Source: Prevotella sp.
GTDB lineage: Bacteria; Bacteroidota; Bacteroidia; Bacteroidales; Bacteroidaceae
Direction: 5' to 3'
Assembly: GCA_041855685.1 (NCBI GenBank)
Contig: JBHAEQ010000035.1
Coordinates: 63,151 to 127,150 of the forward strand
Length of the DNA: 64,000 nt
Both the position numbers and the translations under genes were made by a program. This document shows positions 38,354 to 48,903 of the stretch, in pieces; position 1 is the first letter of the stretch; every line of letters starts with the position of its first letter. The notes under the pieces are model-generated. The model saw only the letters and a program-made list of their open reading frames with translations, did no database searches and was not told the DNA's origin.

Positions 38354-38911
38354 ATGAACATGAGTTCTGAAAAGCTCAAGGAGATGATTCATAAAGTTTC
38401 TGTAGATGATTCACAGGACGCTTTCAAAGAGATTTATCTATCTTTCTACTCTAAACTTCTACATCTTGCAATCTATTATGTCAAGTCGGAAGAAGTTGCA
38501 GAAGAGATAGTTCTTGATGTGTTTGGTGAAGTTTGGGAGAAAAGAGCTCGTCTTGCTGAAATTTATAATTTCAATGCTTATATATGTCAAATGGTGAGAA
38601 ATGTTTCTGTGAACTATATACGTAAGCAGTTGGATAGTCCCAGAACATTAGACGGACTTGACGAGCATTCTGTTTTCAGCGTAGGTGAAACGCCGGAATC
38701 AGACCTTATCTCTATGGAACTTATGAATAAACTTAATGATACTATTGAAACCCTGCCTGATAGGTGTAAACTTGTTTTCAAGCTCATAAGAGAGGAGAAT
38801 CTTAAATATAAGGAGGTGGCGGCAATGCTTAATATCTCGTTGAAAACAACAGAAGCTCATATGACACTTGCAGTGAAGAGGCTTAGAAAGGTAATAGAGC
38901 AAAACTTATAA
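38354..38911 (+). CDS. ECF sigma-70 factor (PUL-associated)
   Basis: AEEIVLDVFGEVW, LPDRCKLVFKL, YKEVAAMLNISLKTTEAHM. Confidence 0.93.
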   Translation: MNMSSEKLKEMIHKVSVDDSQDAFKEIYLSFYSKLLHLAIYYVKSEEVAEEIVLDVFGEVWEKRARLAEIYNFNAYICQMVRNVSVNYIRKQLDSPRTLDGLDEHSVFSVGETPESDLISMELMNKLNDTIETLPDRCKLVFKLIREENLKYKEVAAMLNISLKTTEAHMTLAVKRLRKVIEQNL

Positions 38912-38918
38912 GTATAGA

Positions 38919-38946
38919 ACTAAGGGTATTTTAGTAAATTAACGAC
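38919..38946 (+). promoter_or_regulatory. Putative ECF-sigma promoter copy 2 (ACTAAGGG-N16-CGAC)
   Basis: Immediately upstream of the anti-sigma ATG; identical spacing to copy 1. Confidence 0.55.
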
Positions 38947-38971
38947 AATAATAACATAACGACATAAAATC

Positions 38972-39934
38972 ATGATGAAGGATATAGACAGCATCATAGC
39001 CAGAATATTAGCCAAAGAAGCAAGTATGGAGGAGATTATTACTTTCGGTGAGTGGGTGAACGAGTCGGAGGAGAACCGGAAGACTGCTGATATTCTTGCA
39101 GAGTTCTGGCAATGCAGAGCCGAGCAAGATGATATGTATGCACAGACTTCATTCTGTAGGAACAAAGATCGTATTTTTGACAATGAGGATTCACGCAAGG
39201 CATCAGGTTCAAAGCGCAGCATTGGCAGGCTGTTGTTGTCTATTGCTGCTTCGTTTCTGGTCTTGCTGGTTGGATATTGGTATGTAAATTATAATGCTCA
39301 TTCAGAAACGTATGTACTTGTAGCTCAGGACAACGTAGAAACTTTCATGCTGCCAGATAGTTCAAAGGTTGTTTTGAATAAGAATAGCAAACTTACTTAT
39401 ACAGATCAGTTCCTTACAAAGAACAGAGCAGTAATGCTTGAAGGGGAAGGCTATTTTGAGGTTGTTGAAAACGCTGGACGCAAGTTTACTGTTGATGTTG
39501 GTGGTTCTCAAATAGAGGTGCTTGGAACTAAATTTAATATTGACGCTCGTAATGTGGCGGAACGAATTGTAACAACACTTATAGAGGGTTCTGTTATGTT
39601 TAGGAATGGTAAGCATGAGGAATTGATGTCTCCTAATCATCAACTTACGTACTATACAAAGACAGGGGTTTTAGATTATGTTGCTGCCGATGCCTATGTC
39701 AGTATAGAATGGAAGGATAATGTGTTTCGTTGCAAGTCTATGCGCATAGATGATTTGATGCAGGAACTTGGAGAGTATTACGGTGTTGATATAGAAGTTG
39801 ACAGTAGATATGATACAATCGTTGTTTCTGGTGCTTTCTCCAGAGATATGCCGCTTGAACGTGTGTTGGGTATAATTCAAAACAGTACCTATTTCAGGTG
39901 GAAGATAGATAACGGTAAAGTTAATATCTATTGA
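38972..39934 (+). CDS. FecR-family anti-sigma factor
   Basis: TM, then LPDSSKVVLNKNS, LEGEGYFEV and VLGTKFNI. Confidence 0.93.
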   Translation: MMKDIDSIIARILAKEASMEEIITFGEWVNESEENRKTADILAEFWQCRAEQDDMYAQTSFCRNKDRIFDNEDSRKASGSKRSIGRLLLSIAASFLVLLVGYWYVNYNAHSETYVLVAQDNVETFMLPDSSKVVLNKNSKLTYTDQFLTKNRAVMLEGEGYFEVVENAGRKFTVDVGGSQIEVLGTKFNIDARNVAERIVTTLIEGSVMFRNGKHEELMSPNHQLTYYTKTGVLDYVAADAYVSIEWKDNVFRCKSMRIDDLMQELGEYYGVDIEVDSRYDTIVVSGAFSRDMPLERVLGIIQNSTYFRWKIDNGKVNIY

Positions 39935-39994
39935 TACTTGCCAATCTGAAACATATAATAATATGTAGAACCTAAATATAAACAATTTGATGAC

Positions 39995-42900
39995 ATGACT
40001 AAAGACTTCAAACCTAAAGTCCCAGTGTTGGAAAGCATAAGATTGGGCGTTGTATTACTATGTGTAGGATTGTTGTCAATGGGAGTTATGAATGCTAACG
40101 CCCAGACTGCAATTAAAACACAGAAAGTGAAAGTGGAGAACGTGCAGATGTCTTTGCGCAACTTGTTCAAGATTATAGAAAGCCAGAGCAAGTACTTGTT
40201 CTTCTATGTAGATGCAGATGTGGAAGGGATTATGGTAACTCCACCGGCAAATCAAACAATATCCAAAGTACTCGATGCGGTGCTTAAGGATCACTCTCTT
40301 ACATATACTGTTGACGGTCGTAATATCAACATTTCTCGCAAGAAAATTGATGAAAAACAGCAGAAACAGCGAAAAGCGAAAGAAACCATAACTACTCGAG
40401 GTGTAGTAAAGGATAATGAAGGGAATCCTCTTCTTGGTGCTACTGTTGTTTTGAAGAATACTACAACAGGTGTTGTGACTGATGTTGATGGTAAGTTTTC
40501 TATTGATGTTCCTGCTGATGGAGTGCTTGTATTCTCATATATAGGCTTTGAGTCTCGTGAAATAAAAGTAGGTGGGCAGAATAATGTTATGATTGTACTT
40601 AAAGAAGAGCATAACTCTCTTGACGATGTAATAGTCATTGGTTATGGCACTCAGCGTAAGGTTGACGTAACAGGTTCTGTCTCTACTGTAAACATGAACG
40701 ACCTTAAACTTACTGTTGCCAGTAATGCTGGTGAGGCTTTGCAGGGACAGGTTGCTGGTGTTAATATCAGAAACAGCGGTTTGCCCGGAACAGGAGCCAC
40801 TATGTCGATAAGAGGTGTTACTTCGTTTGCTAATGTAGCACCGCTTATAATCGTTGACGGTGTGGAAAGTAATCTTAATAACATCAGTGCACAGGACATA
40901 GAGTCTATACAGGTATTAAAAGATGCCCGCGTGGCAGCAATATACGGCGTGCGTGGTTCTAATGGTGTTATTCTTGTTACAACAAAGAAGGGTAAGGCAG
41001 GTGCATTGCGTATTACATATAACGGTACGGCTGGTGTAACATTTCCATTAAGTGGTAATGTATATAATTTGGCAAACTCAGAAGAGTATATGAAAATACT
41101 CAATGTGGGACAGCCTTTCAATGAATTGTTTGCTAACGGTATGCCTGATTATCTCTATAATTCACCTTATGGAAGTGGTGTGGGATTGGAAGGTGATTCT
41201 CAAGTGGCAGCAAGTAATTATTACAGAGAAGATCCTAATAAAGGAAATAACTATCTTATACAGGCTGTGAATAAAAAAGGAACAGACTGGTTTCATGAAT
41301 CGTTCAAAAGAGCATTCTTTCATGAGCATAATCTCTCTGTTTCTGGTGGAGGTGAGAAATCACGCTTTTTCTTCTCTCTTGGTTTGCTTGACCAGAAGGG
41401 AACTCTCGTAGAGACTTTCCAAAAGAGATACAACATGCGTGTGAATACAGAGTTTAGCATAGGAAAATATATAAAAGTGGGAGAAAACCTAAACTTCTTC
41501 TATAGAAGCTATTTGCCAATGACAACAGGTTCGCAATATGGTATAATACCTAATATATATACTCTGCTGCCAATTATTCCTGTAAAAGATATTATGGGTA
41601 ACTGGGGTGGAACATGGATTGGTCCTCAGCTTGGTTCTGTCGGTAATCCAATAGCAATGCAGAGCCGCACAGCATCTAATTCGGATTATGATTCATATAA
41701 TATAATAGGTAATGTGTTTGCTGAAGTAAAATTACTAAAGGACTTCACATTCCGCACAAGTCTTGGTCTAAATAATTACAATACAATGTACCAGACCTTC
41801 ACAGGTGCACAGGCAGAGAATGCAGAGCTTAATACAAAGGTGAACTCACTTGTTTCTTATGCAAGTCAGGGAAGTACACTTACTTTCAATAATACATTGA
41901 ATTATAAGAAAGACTTTGGACTTCATAAACTGGATTGTCTTGTAGGTATGGAAGTTATAAAGACATATTCAAAGGGATTGAATGGTCAGTCAGATGATTT
42001 TTTCTCAGACAATAAGCACTATCTTCTGCTACAGAACGGTGAAGAAAGATTCCCTGCTTCCAGTAGTATGGGACATACTGCACTATTGTCTTACTTTGGC
42101 AGACTTGACTATAGTTATGCTGATAAATATCTTGTAGGTGTGACTGTCAGAAGAGATGGTTCTTCATATTTTGGTCCAGAGAATAGATTCGGAACCTTCC
42201 CGTCATTCTCATTAGGTTGGCGCATCTCACAGGAAAAGTTTATGAGTGGAGCAGAATGGTTGAACGATTTGAAAATACGATTGAGTTATGGAGTTCTTGG
42301 TTCACAGAATAATGTAACTGCTCAAAACCAGTATTCCACATATGCAAGCAGTCTGTATTATTCTGCATACGATATCTATGGCACAAGCAACTCTGTAGAA
42401 GTTGGAATGTACCGGCAGCGTATAGGAAACTCAGCCACAGGCTGGGAGGAGGATATTGTACAAAATGCAGGAATAGACCTTGTTGCCTTCAATAGTGCTT
42501 TGGAGTTTCAATTTGATGTATATAAAAAGAAGATTAACGGACTTCTTCTTACAGAACCATTGCCTTCTGTCATTGGTGCTTTGGTAACAGCTCCAACTGT
42601 AAATATTGGTGATATACAGAATGTGGGCTTCGATATATCTGCAAAATATCGCTTTAAGACAGGAGATTTCACTAATTCCATATCAGGTAATTTCTCGCAC
42701 TATAAGAATAAGATTGTAGATTTGCCCGATCCGGGTTATTTCACGTCAGGAACAGCACGTAATGAAGAAGGCTATCCTACAGGCATGTTCTATGGATATA
42801 AAGTTATAAAGCTGTTTGATAGTCAGGAAGAAGTTGACAATGCACCTACACAAGACGGTGCGGCTCCAGGTAGATTCCGATATGAGAATATTGATGACGA

Positions 42901-43459
42901 TAATGAGATTACTGCTTCCGACCGCCAGTATTTAGGTAGTCCTCATCCAGACTTTACATACGGTTTTATACTTAGCACACATTATAAAGGTTTCGATCTT
43001 TCTGCCCAGTTCTATGGAGTATATGGTAATACCATCTATAATAGAGTTAGAATGACTACGGAATTCTTCCAAAGTAATGTTACTGCCAATAAGAGTAGAG
43101 AACTTCTGAATTCCTGGACACCAGAAAACATAAACACTACAGTACCTAAGATTGAAAATGTACAGTCGTTCAGTACAACAAGTGCATTTAATTCGTATGC
43201 ATTGGAAAGTGGTTCTTATTTCCGTCTGAAGACTCTGACTATTGGATATACATTTGACCCAAATATTTCTTTTATGAAAAGATTACAGATTTCAAGTCTC
43301 AGATTGTATGTTCAGGCTGCTAATTTGTTTACTATCACTCCATATTCCGGGGCAGACCCTGATATCAGCGGTGGTTCTCCAGCAAACTTTGGAGTTGATG
43401 TGGCTACTTATCCTACTAATGAACGCAAGGTGAGTTTCGGTCTCACTGTTACGTATTGA
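39995..43459 (+). CDS. susC: SusC-like TonB-dependent transducer with N-terminal STN-type extension
   Basis: 1154 aa; LRNLFKIIESQSKYLFFY signalling extension, VLKDARVAAIYGVRGSNGVILVTTKKG, YPTNERKVSFGLTVTY. Confidence 0.96.
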   Translation: MTKDFKPKVPVLESIRLGVVLLCVGLLSMGVMNANAQTAIKTQKVKVENVQMSLRNLFKIIESQSKYLFFYVDADVEGIMVTPPANQTISKVLDAVLKDHSLTYTVDGRNINISRKKIDEKQQKQRKAKETITTRGVVKDNEGNPLLGATVVLKNTTTGVVTDVDGKFSIDVPADGVLVFSYIGFESREIKVGGQNNVMIVLKEEHNSLDDVIVIGYGTQRKVDVTGSVSTVNMNDLKLTVASNAGEALQGQVAGVNIRNSGLPGTGATMSIRGVTSFANVAPLIIVDGVESNLNNISAQDIESIQVLKDARVAAIYGVRGSNGVILVTTKKGKAGALRITYNGTAGVTFPLSGNVYNLANSEEYMKILNVGQPFNELFANGMPDYLYNSPYGSGVGLEGDSQVAASNYYREDPNKGNNYLIQAVNKKGTDWFHESFKRAFFHEHNLSVSGGGEKSRFFFSLGLLDQKGTLVETFQKRYNMRVNTEFSIGKYIKVGENLNFFYRSYLPMTTGSQYGIIPNIYTLLPIIPVKDIMGNWGGTWIGPQLGSVGNPIAMQSRTASNSDYDSYNIIGNVFAEVKLLKDFTFRTSLGLNNYNTMYQTFTGAQAENAELNTKVNSLVSYASQGSTLTFNNTLNYKKDFGLHKLDCLVGMEVIKTYSKGLNGQSDDFFSDNKHYLLLQNGEERFPASSSMGHTALLSYFGRLDYSYADKYLVGVTVRRDGSSYFGPENRFGTFPSFSLGWRISQEKFMSGAEWLNDLKIRLSYGVLGSQNNVTAQNQYSTYASSLYYSAYDIYGTSNSVEVGMYRQRIGNSATGWEEDIVQNAGIDLVAFNSALEFQFDVYKKKINGLLLTEPLPSVIGALVTAPTVNIGDIQNVGFDISAKYRFKTGDFTNSISGNFSHYKNKIVDLPDPGYFTSGTARNEEGYPTGMFYGYKVIKLFDSQEEVDNAPTQDGAAPGRFRYENIDDDNEITASDRQYLGSPHPDFTYGFILSTHYKGFDLSAQFYGVYGNTIYNRVRMTTEFFQSNVTANKSRELLNSWTPENINTTVPKIENVQSFSTTSAFNSYALESGSYFRLKTLTIGYTFDPNISFMKRLQISSLRLYVQAANLFTITPYSGADPDISGGSPANFGVDVATYPTNERKVSFGLTVTY

Positions 43460-43490
43460 AACAATTTTCATATTTAACAATTGAGAAAAA

Positions 43491-45239
43491 ATGAAATATA
43501 CAATAAATATTTTCGTACTTTTTGCAGTATTGTCTTTCTTTGCATGTAGTACAGACATGCTTAATGTAGCTCCGTATGGAGTGCTTGACGAGGAAGTATT
43601 GGCAAATAGAAAAGGTGTAGAGAAACTTCTGATAGGTTGTTATGCAACATTAGACGGGCAAGCTTCAGATGATTATTATGTATGGAACAACTACTGGGCA
43701 ACTGATGATGCACGAATGGGGTCTAATGCGGGTGTGAATGCTTTTGATGCCTTTTTGGTAAATCCTACATATAGTGAAATTGCTACTCGTTGGAAAACTC
43801 TATATGGCTTTGTCGGCAGATGTAATTCTGTTATCGGACTTTTGCCAGATGTTACAGATATGAGTGACATTGAGAAAGCTCAAGTTGATGCTCAGGCAAA
43901 GTTTATACGTGCTTATACCTATTTCTTCTTGGCTGTTATATGGAAGAATGTGCCATGGATAGACGAAACGATAGACTATGGAAAAAGAAATTTTTTCGTA
44001 TCAAATGTTGATGTAGATATATACTCTAAGATTGAAGAAGACTTGATTTTTGCTTCTGAGAATCTGCCAGAGACTTGGAATGAAATAGGTAAGGTCAATA
44101 AGTGGGCGGCAAAATGTATGCTTGCAAAAACTTATATGTTTCAGAAGAAATTTGCTCAAGCCAAGGAAATTCTGGATGATGTTATTGCTAATGGCAAAAC
44201 AACAAGCGGGCAAAAGTATGCTCTGAATGCAAAGTATAGAGATAATTTCCGTACAGCGACAAAGAATGGCCCTGAAGCTGTATTTGAAGTTCAGATGGCT
44301 GTTAATGACGGTACCACAAATGGAATTAATGGTAATCCAATGAGTTTTATGAATGGAACTTACGATGGTACTGCAAACAACGGATATGGCTGGTATCAAC
44401 CTACATTTGATTTGGTAGATGCATTCCAGACTGATGCTGTAACGGGACTTCCTCTCCTTGATAACTATTATGAGACTCCTATAGTAACCGACTATGGAAT
44501 GTCTTCAACAGAAAGGTTCAGAACCTACACAGGTACACTCGACCCTCGCCTTGACTGGTGTGTGGGTCGTAGAGGAATACCATATCTTGACTGGGGAAAT
44601 CATCCGGGAAAATCGTGGATTAGAAATCAAAACAATGGAGGACCGTATAGTAGTGTTAAGCATACCGCTGAAAAAGCAACCGCAGCTTCTGAACGACAAG
44701 GAACAAATAAAACAAGTGTTCCGTATGATGCTATTAGATTTGCAGATGTTCTTCTGTGGGCAGCTGAGTGTGAGGTAGAAGTAGGCAGTTTGGAAAAAGC
44801 AGAGGAGTATGTAAACATGATACGTCAGAGGGCTTCAAATCCCGACGGTTTTGTGAAGAAGTATTCTAATGGCTCTTTCTTGAGCAGCGATGCCGCAAAC
44901 TACAAAATAGGTCTTTATACTGGACAATTCAGTACTAATGGAAAGTCTTATGCGCGTAAGGCAGTAAGATTTGAGCGCAGGCTTGAGTTGGCTATGGAGC
45001 ATCATCGTTACTTCGACCTTTTGAGATATGATGGTAATGATTTCGATTTGGAAGAATATATGGATACATTCCTAAAGCGTGAAGGAGAAAGACTGACAAA
45101 TAGCCCTAATAACCTTTATCTACAAGGTGACTTTGTTAGAGGAAAACATGAACTATATCCTATTCCGCAAGTAGAAATCGACCGAAGTGTTAGACCTGAC
45201 GGCACTCCTGCTTTGATACAGAATCCAGGTTATAAATAA
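43491..45239 (+). CDS. susD: SusD-like lipoprotein
   Basis: Lipobox FFAC, FIRAYTYF, RFADVLLWAAE, ERRLELAME and QNPGY end. Confidence 0.95.
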   Translation: MKYTINIFVLFAVLSFFACSTDMLNVAPYGVLDEEVLANRKGVEKLLIGCYATLDGQASDDYYVWNNYWATDDARMGSNAGVNAFDAFLVNPTYSEIATRWKTLYGFVGRCNSVIGLLPDVTDMSDIEKAQVDAQAKFIRAYTYFFLAVIWKNVPWIDETIDYGKRNFFVSNVDVDIYSKIEEDLIFASENLPETWNEIGKVNKWAAKCMLAKTYMFQKKFAQAKEILDDVIANGKTTSGQKYALNAKYRDNFRTATKNGPEAVFEVQMAVNDGTTNGINGNPMSFMNGTYDGTANNGYGWYQPTFDLVDAFQTDAVTGLPLLDNYYETPIVTDYGMSSTERFRTYTGTLDPRLDWCVGRRGIPYLDWGNHPGKSWIRNQNNGGPYSSVKHTAEKATAASERQGTNKTSVPYDAIRFADVLLWAAECEVEVGSLEKAEEYVNMIRQRASNPDGFVKKYSNGSFLSSDAANYKIGLYTGQFSTNGKSYARKAVRFERRLELAMEHHRYFDLLRYDGNDFDLEEYMDTFLKREGERLTNSPNNLYLQGDFVRGKHELYPIPQVEIDRSVRPDGTPALIQNPGYK

Positions 45240-45257
45240 AAATAAGTTATAAGGGTT

Positions 45258-46124
45258 ATGAAAAGAAATATAATTTTATTGATAGGTGCTTTTGTTTTTA
45301 CTGCCATTATAGTTTCATGCGGTAGTAATGAAGATGATCCAATTCCACCTACGCCTAATCCTCCAAAACCAAATGTTACAGAAATTGACATAGACTTTAC
45401 TTTTGATTATGTCAATCAACGTGACGAACGCCCACTTATGCATTGTGAATCATATACGGACAAACAGAAGGACAGCTTGCAGACAGCATTTTTCTCTGCC
45501 CTTGCAAAAGTTGGTGATAAGCGTGGAAAGGTCGTGACTGCAGCTACATTTCTTGTAAGTTTAGACTATAGGATTCCTTATGGGCATGAGTGGAAGGTAT
45601 CAGATACTCGTGACTATGACTATGTGGGCCGCTATACAAAGAAAGGACTTTTCTTGAATGCTTTTACAGAGAATGGAGCAACACATAAACCTTGGGGGTG
45701 TCTTATTCCTACTCATGCAAGATATCCGCGTGCCACAATTGCCAACCTTGGTGATTACTATGAGAATGGGCTTCACTGCTCTTCGTTCATAGGCTGGGCT
45801 TTATATAATGGTGATGCCGTAACGGATATGAGTTTGTTGGAAAAAACTTATGCCAACGATTATAGGAAATTTCCTCGTACACAAGAAAAGAGTATTAAAG
45901 GTAATGTTGAACTTATCAGAGCTGGTGATTTGATAGGTTTCCCTGGTCATATTGCTATGGTGATAGGTGTTAAAGGCGATATTATCGTCTATGCCAGTGA
46001 GGAAGGAGGTTCTGCTTATCCCGGAAAAGGCTTGTCGTGGCTTACCTTTAATAAAAAAACAACCAATTTCGATACTTTCTCATATAAATACTTTATACAG
46101 ATGAATAATGTGTACGGAGATTGA
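45258..46124 (+). CDS. Surface lipoprotein with NlpC/P60-like (papain-fold) catalytic domain
   Basis: Lipobox IVSC-GSNEDD, Pro-rich linker, NGLHCSSFIGWALYNG and AGDLIGFPGHIAMVIG (Cys/His dyad pattern). Confidence 0.7.
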   Translation: MKRNIILLIGAFVFTAIIVSCGSNEDDPIPPTPNPPKPNVTEIDIDFTFDYVNQRDERPLMHCESYTDKQKDSLQTAFFSALAKVGDKRGKVVTAATFLVSLDYRIPYGHEWKVSDTRDYDYVGRYTKKGLFLNAFTENGATHKPWGCLIPTHARYPRATIANLGDYYENGLHCSSFIGWALYNGDAVTDMSLLEKTYANDYRKFPRTQEKSIKGNVELIRAGDLIGFPGHIAMVIGVKGDIIVYASEEGGSAYPGKGLSWLTFNKKTTNFDTFSYKYFIQMNNVYGD

Positions 46125-46193
46125 TATTAACTGTTTATCTCTTACTATAATTTTAAATTATCTATAATCATTACAAACTTAAAACCTACAATT

Positions 46194-47423
46194 ATGAAAA
46201 AGTGTGTTTTACTAATGTCTTTTGCTTTGTATGCAACATTGACAATTAATTCGCAACAGTATGTAAACCCATTGGAGCGTTGGGCTAACTACAATCTCGG
46301 TGATCTTAATTCATTTACAACAGGAGATGAGGATATTACAATCGGTAAATACTATCAGTATGGACGTAATGTCCCATTAGCCAGTGAGGGAGATGTTCTT
46401 TATTGGGCTAATCAAGGAGGACCATACGAAAATGGTTCACCTGCAAACTATCGAGTTTGGCATATACATCTTATTAATAGTTTTGGTACTACAGCCAATT
46501 GGTTTGCAACAGGTTCTGCTTCTGATACATGGGAAAGCATTGTAGCACAAACAGTTGCCAATGGTGCTCCTCCTGCAGGAACGTTTGAAGGCTATGACTA
46601 TACTGTGGCGGGTTATCAAGGAACTAACGGTGGTTCACCTGCCCCTGTGGGCTGGCATATACCAACTTATGCAGAGATGAAATCTCTAATAGCTGTAGTA
46701 GGATCTAATGATTTTGCTTATGCAACATTTAATGTTAATGATTACCAAGAAACCAGTGTGGATATTCTTGGCGATGGTGTTCCACAGAACTATACTTCTG
46801 ATTACAAGAGCAAGGATCAGTTTACAGTAGTGGCACGAAGATTTAAGGGCACTCCTTATGAGACAGCTTTTAGATATGAATATCAGGAAGTAGATGGATT
46901 CAATACCTTAGAGATTCGAGCTAAGCAGTCTGGCGGCGCAAGTATAGATGATATTGCTGGTTGGTCTGCCGCAAATTGGAGTGATGCAGTGGTAAGATAT
47001 TTCCCTGTTACAGGGTATCGTCGTTCAGGTAGTCCATATATAACCGCCACTTCAGAGGGATTCTATTGGGCAGGAGGTTCTTCAAAAGAAGACCAAGCCT
47101 ATGTAATAACTTTCAATAGTAATCGCCTGCGCGGTAGTTCACATGCAAGAAGTAATGCTTATGCTATACGGTGCGTGAAAAATTATGAAGGAACTACTGC
47201 CATAGAATCAGCCAAAACTGCAAATATTAATGTAAAAGCTGGAGATTCAAGAATTTCTGTCTATGGAAGTTCTTTGGCAGGTCAGGATGTTTATATATAT
47301 AACACGGTTGGTGCTGTTGTAAAGATGCAGAAAGCTAAAGCAAATACTTTGTCATTTGATTTGCAAAACGGATTATATGTTGTTAAAGTTGGTGATACAA
47401 GAGTGAAGGTTCTTGTAAAATAG
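46194..47423 (+). CDS. FISUMP (Fibrobacter succinogenes major paralogous)-like protein with T9SS-type C-terminal domain
   Basis: GKYYQYGRN, PAPVGWHIPTYAE, YFPVTGYR, GFYW and AYAIRCVK; C-terminus LQNGLYVVKVGDTRVKVLVK. Confidence 0.7.
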   Translation: MKKCVLLMSFALYATLTINSQQYVNPLERWANYNLGDLNSFTTGDEDITIGKYYQYGRNVPLASEGDVLYWANQGGPYENGSPANYRVWHIHLINSFGTTANWFATGSASDTWESIVAQTVANGAPPAGTFEGYDYTVAGYQGTNGGSPAPVGWHIPTYAEMKSLIAVVGSNDFAYATFNVNDYQETSVDILGDGVPQNYTSDYKSKDQFTVVARRFKGTPYETAFRYEYQEVDGFNTLEIRAKQSGGASIDDIAGWSAANWSDAVVRYFPVTGYRRSGSPYITATSEGFYWAGGSSKEDQAYVITFNSNRLRGSSHARSNAYAIRCVKNYEGTTAIESAKTANINVKAGDSRISVYGSSLAGQDVYIYNTVGAVVKMQKAKANTLSFDLQNGLYVVKVGDTRVKVLVK

Positions 47424-47456
47424 AAAACCACAAAGGATATTTATAAAAATAATACT

Positions 47457-48794
47457 ATGGGTAAAGTAATCAATAGAAGAGAATTTCTTAAAACTGCAGC
47501 TCTTGCAGGAACTGCACTTGCTGTGACTCCACAGGCTATTTTCAGTAAAAATATCTCTACGACTACACGTAAAGAGAAAATTGCTATAGGTGTAATAGGT
47601 GTGGGCAGTCGTGGAAGGCATCTGATGAAACTTGCGGCAAGGGAATCAAATGTTGTCGTGACGGCTATTTGTGATATAAATAAGGCTGCTATAGATTTAG
47701 CACAGGACATGCTTATAAAAGAAGGATGTAAAAAGGCTGAAGTTTATACAGGTAACGATTATGCATACCGTGAATTACTTGAACGTAAGGATATAGATGG
47801 TGTTATTATTGCAACAAATTGGGATTGGCATGTAGAAATGACTATTGACTCCATGCGTGCAAAGAAATATGTAGGACTGGAGGTGCCTGCCGCCATGACC
47901 ATTGAAGATTGCTGGAAACTTGTAGAGGTATATGAAGAAACAGGAACACATGTGATGTTCCTCGAAAACTGCTGCTACGATCGTGAATGTATGGCGGTGT
48001 TGCAAATGCTGCGTGAAAATCTGTTTGGTATTCCGATGCATGCAACTTGTGGTTATCGTCATTCGGCATGGGGAAGTGCAAAGTGGCTTAAGCCTATTGA
48101 TACTAATACAAAGTCTGAACACTTCGTAAAATATTCAATGTTACGTAATGCAGACCAGTATCCTACACATGGTATAGGTCCTGTAGCTAATTGGTTTGAT
48201 ATTAATAGAGGTAACAGATTCTTGTACCTAACATCTGTCGCAACGAAACCACAGGCAATAAATGAATATGCCAGACAACACAATAACGCTAATGCCAATG
48301 TCAAGTTTAAGCAAGGTGATATTGTTACAACGATTATCAAGACTGTTAAAGAAGAAACTGTTGTCATCAACTATGACAATTATCTGCCACGCCCATATTC
48401 TCGTGATTATTCTCTTCAGGGAACTAATGGTATCTGGAGTGGACTATATTTAGGCCGCGGTATATATATTGAAGGCAAGTCGCCCAAAGACAAGTGGGAA
48501 AAAGATAAAGCCTATGATGCCTATATGCAGAAATATGATCATCCAATGTGGAGAGATTTTTACGCTAAGGCACAAAATGCCGGGCATGGTGGTATAGACT
48601 TCTTTACAATAAAGGAATTCGTCAAGAGTGTCAGGGAGAATGCTTATCCTCCTATAGATATTTATGATGCAGTAACATGGAGTGCTATTATTCCACTTTC
48701 TGAAGCCTCACTGGCAAAGGGAGGTACCCCCGAGTTCTTCCCCGACTTTACAAAGGAAGCATGGAAGAAGCGTAAGCCTGCTTTTGGGTTGTAA
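47457..48794 (+). CDS. GH109-like NAD+-dependent glycosidase (Gfo/Idh/MocA) with Tat signal
   Basis: NRREFLKTAALAG twin-arginine motif; IGVGSRG Rossmann, LENCCY, YPTHG, GHGGIDF and DIYDAVTWS. Confidence 0.85.
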   Translation: MGKVINRREFLKTAALAGTALAVTPQAIFSKNISTTTRKEKIAIGVIGVGSRGRHLMKLAARESNVVVTAICDINKAAIDLAQDMLIKEGCKKAEVYTGNDYAYRELLERKDIDGVIIATNWDWHVEMTIDSMRAKKYVGLEVPAAMTIEDCWKLVEVYEETGTHVMFLENCCYDRECMAVLQMLRENLFGIPMHATCGYRHSAWGSAKWLKPIDTNTKSEHFVKYSMLRNADQYPTHGIGPVANWFDINRGNRFLYLTSVATKPQAINEYARQHNNANANVKFKQGDIVTTIIKTVKEETVVINYDNYLPRPYSRDYSLQGTNGIWSGLYLGRGIYIEGKSPKDKWEKDKAYDAYMQKYDHPMWRDFYAKAQNAGHGGIDFFTIKEFVKSVRENAYPPIDIYDAVTWSAIIPLSEASLAKGGTPEFFPDFTKEAWKKRKPAFGL

Positions 48795-48903
48795 TTTATT
48801 TTTAGCTTTGAACTTCACTACGCATGTGCGTAACTATGTATGTGCGTATGTGAAGTTTACCTGAATATTATCAGTTTTAACGATAAAAACTAATACTTCT
48901 ATA

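Noticed and set aside
48814-48858. Imperfect hairpin and ATGTGCGTA direct repeat between GH109-1 and the S9 peptidase
   Set aside because: Weak pairing and no U-tract; function cannot be supported.
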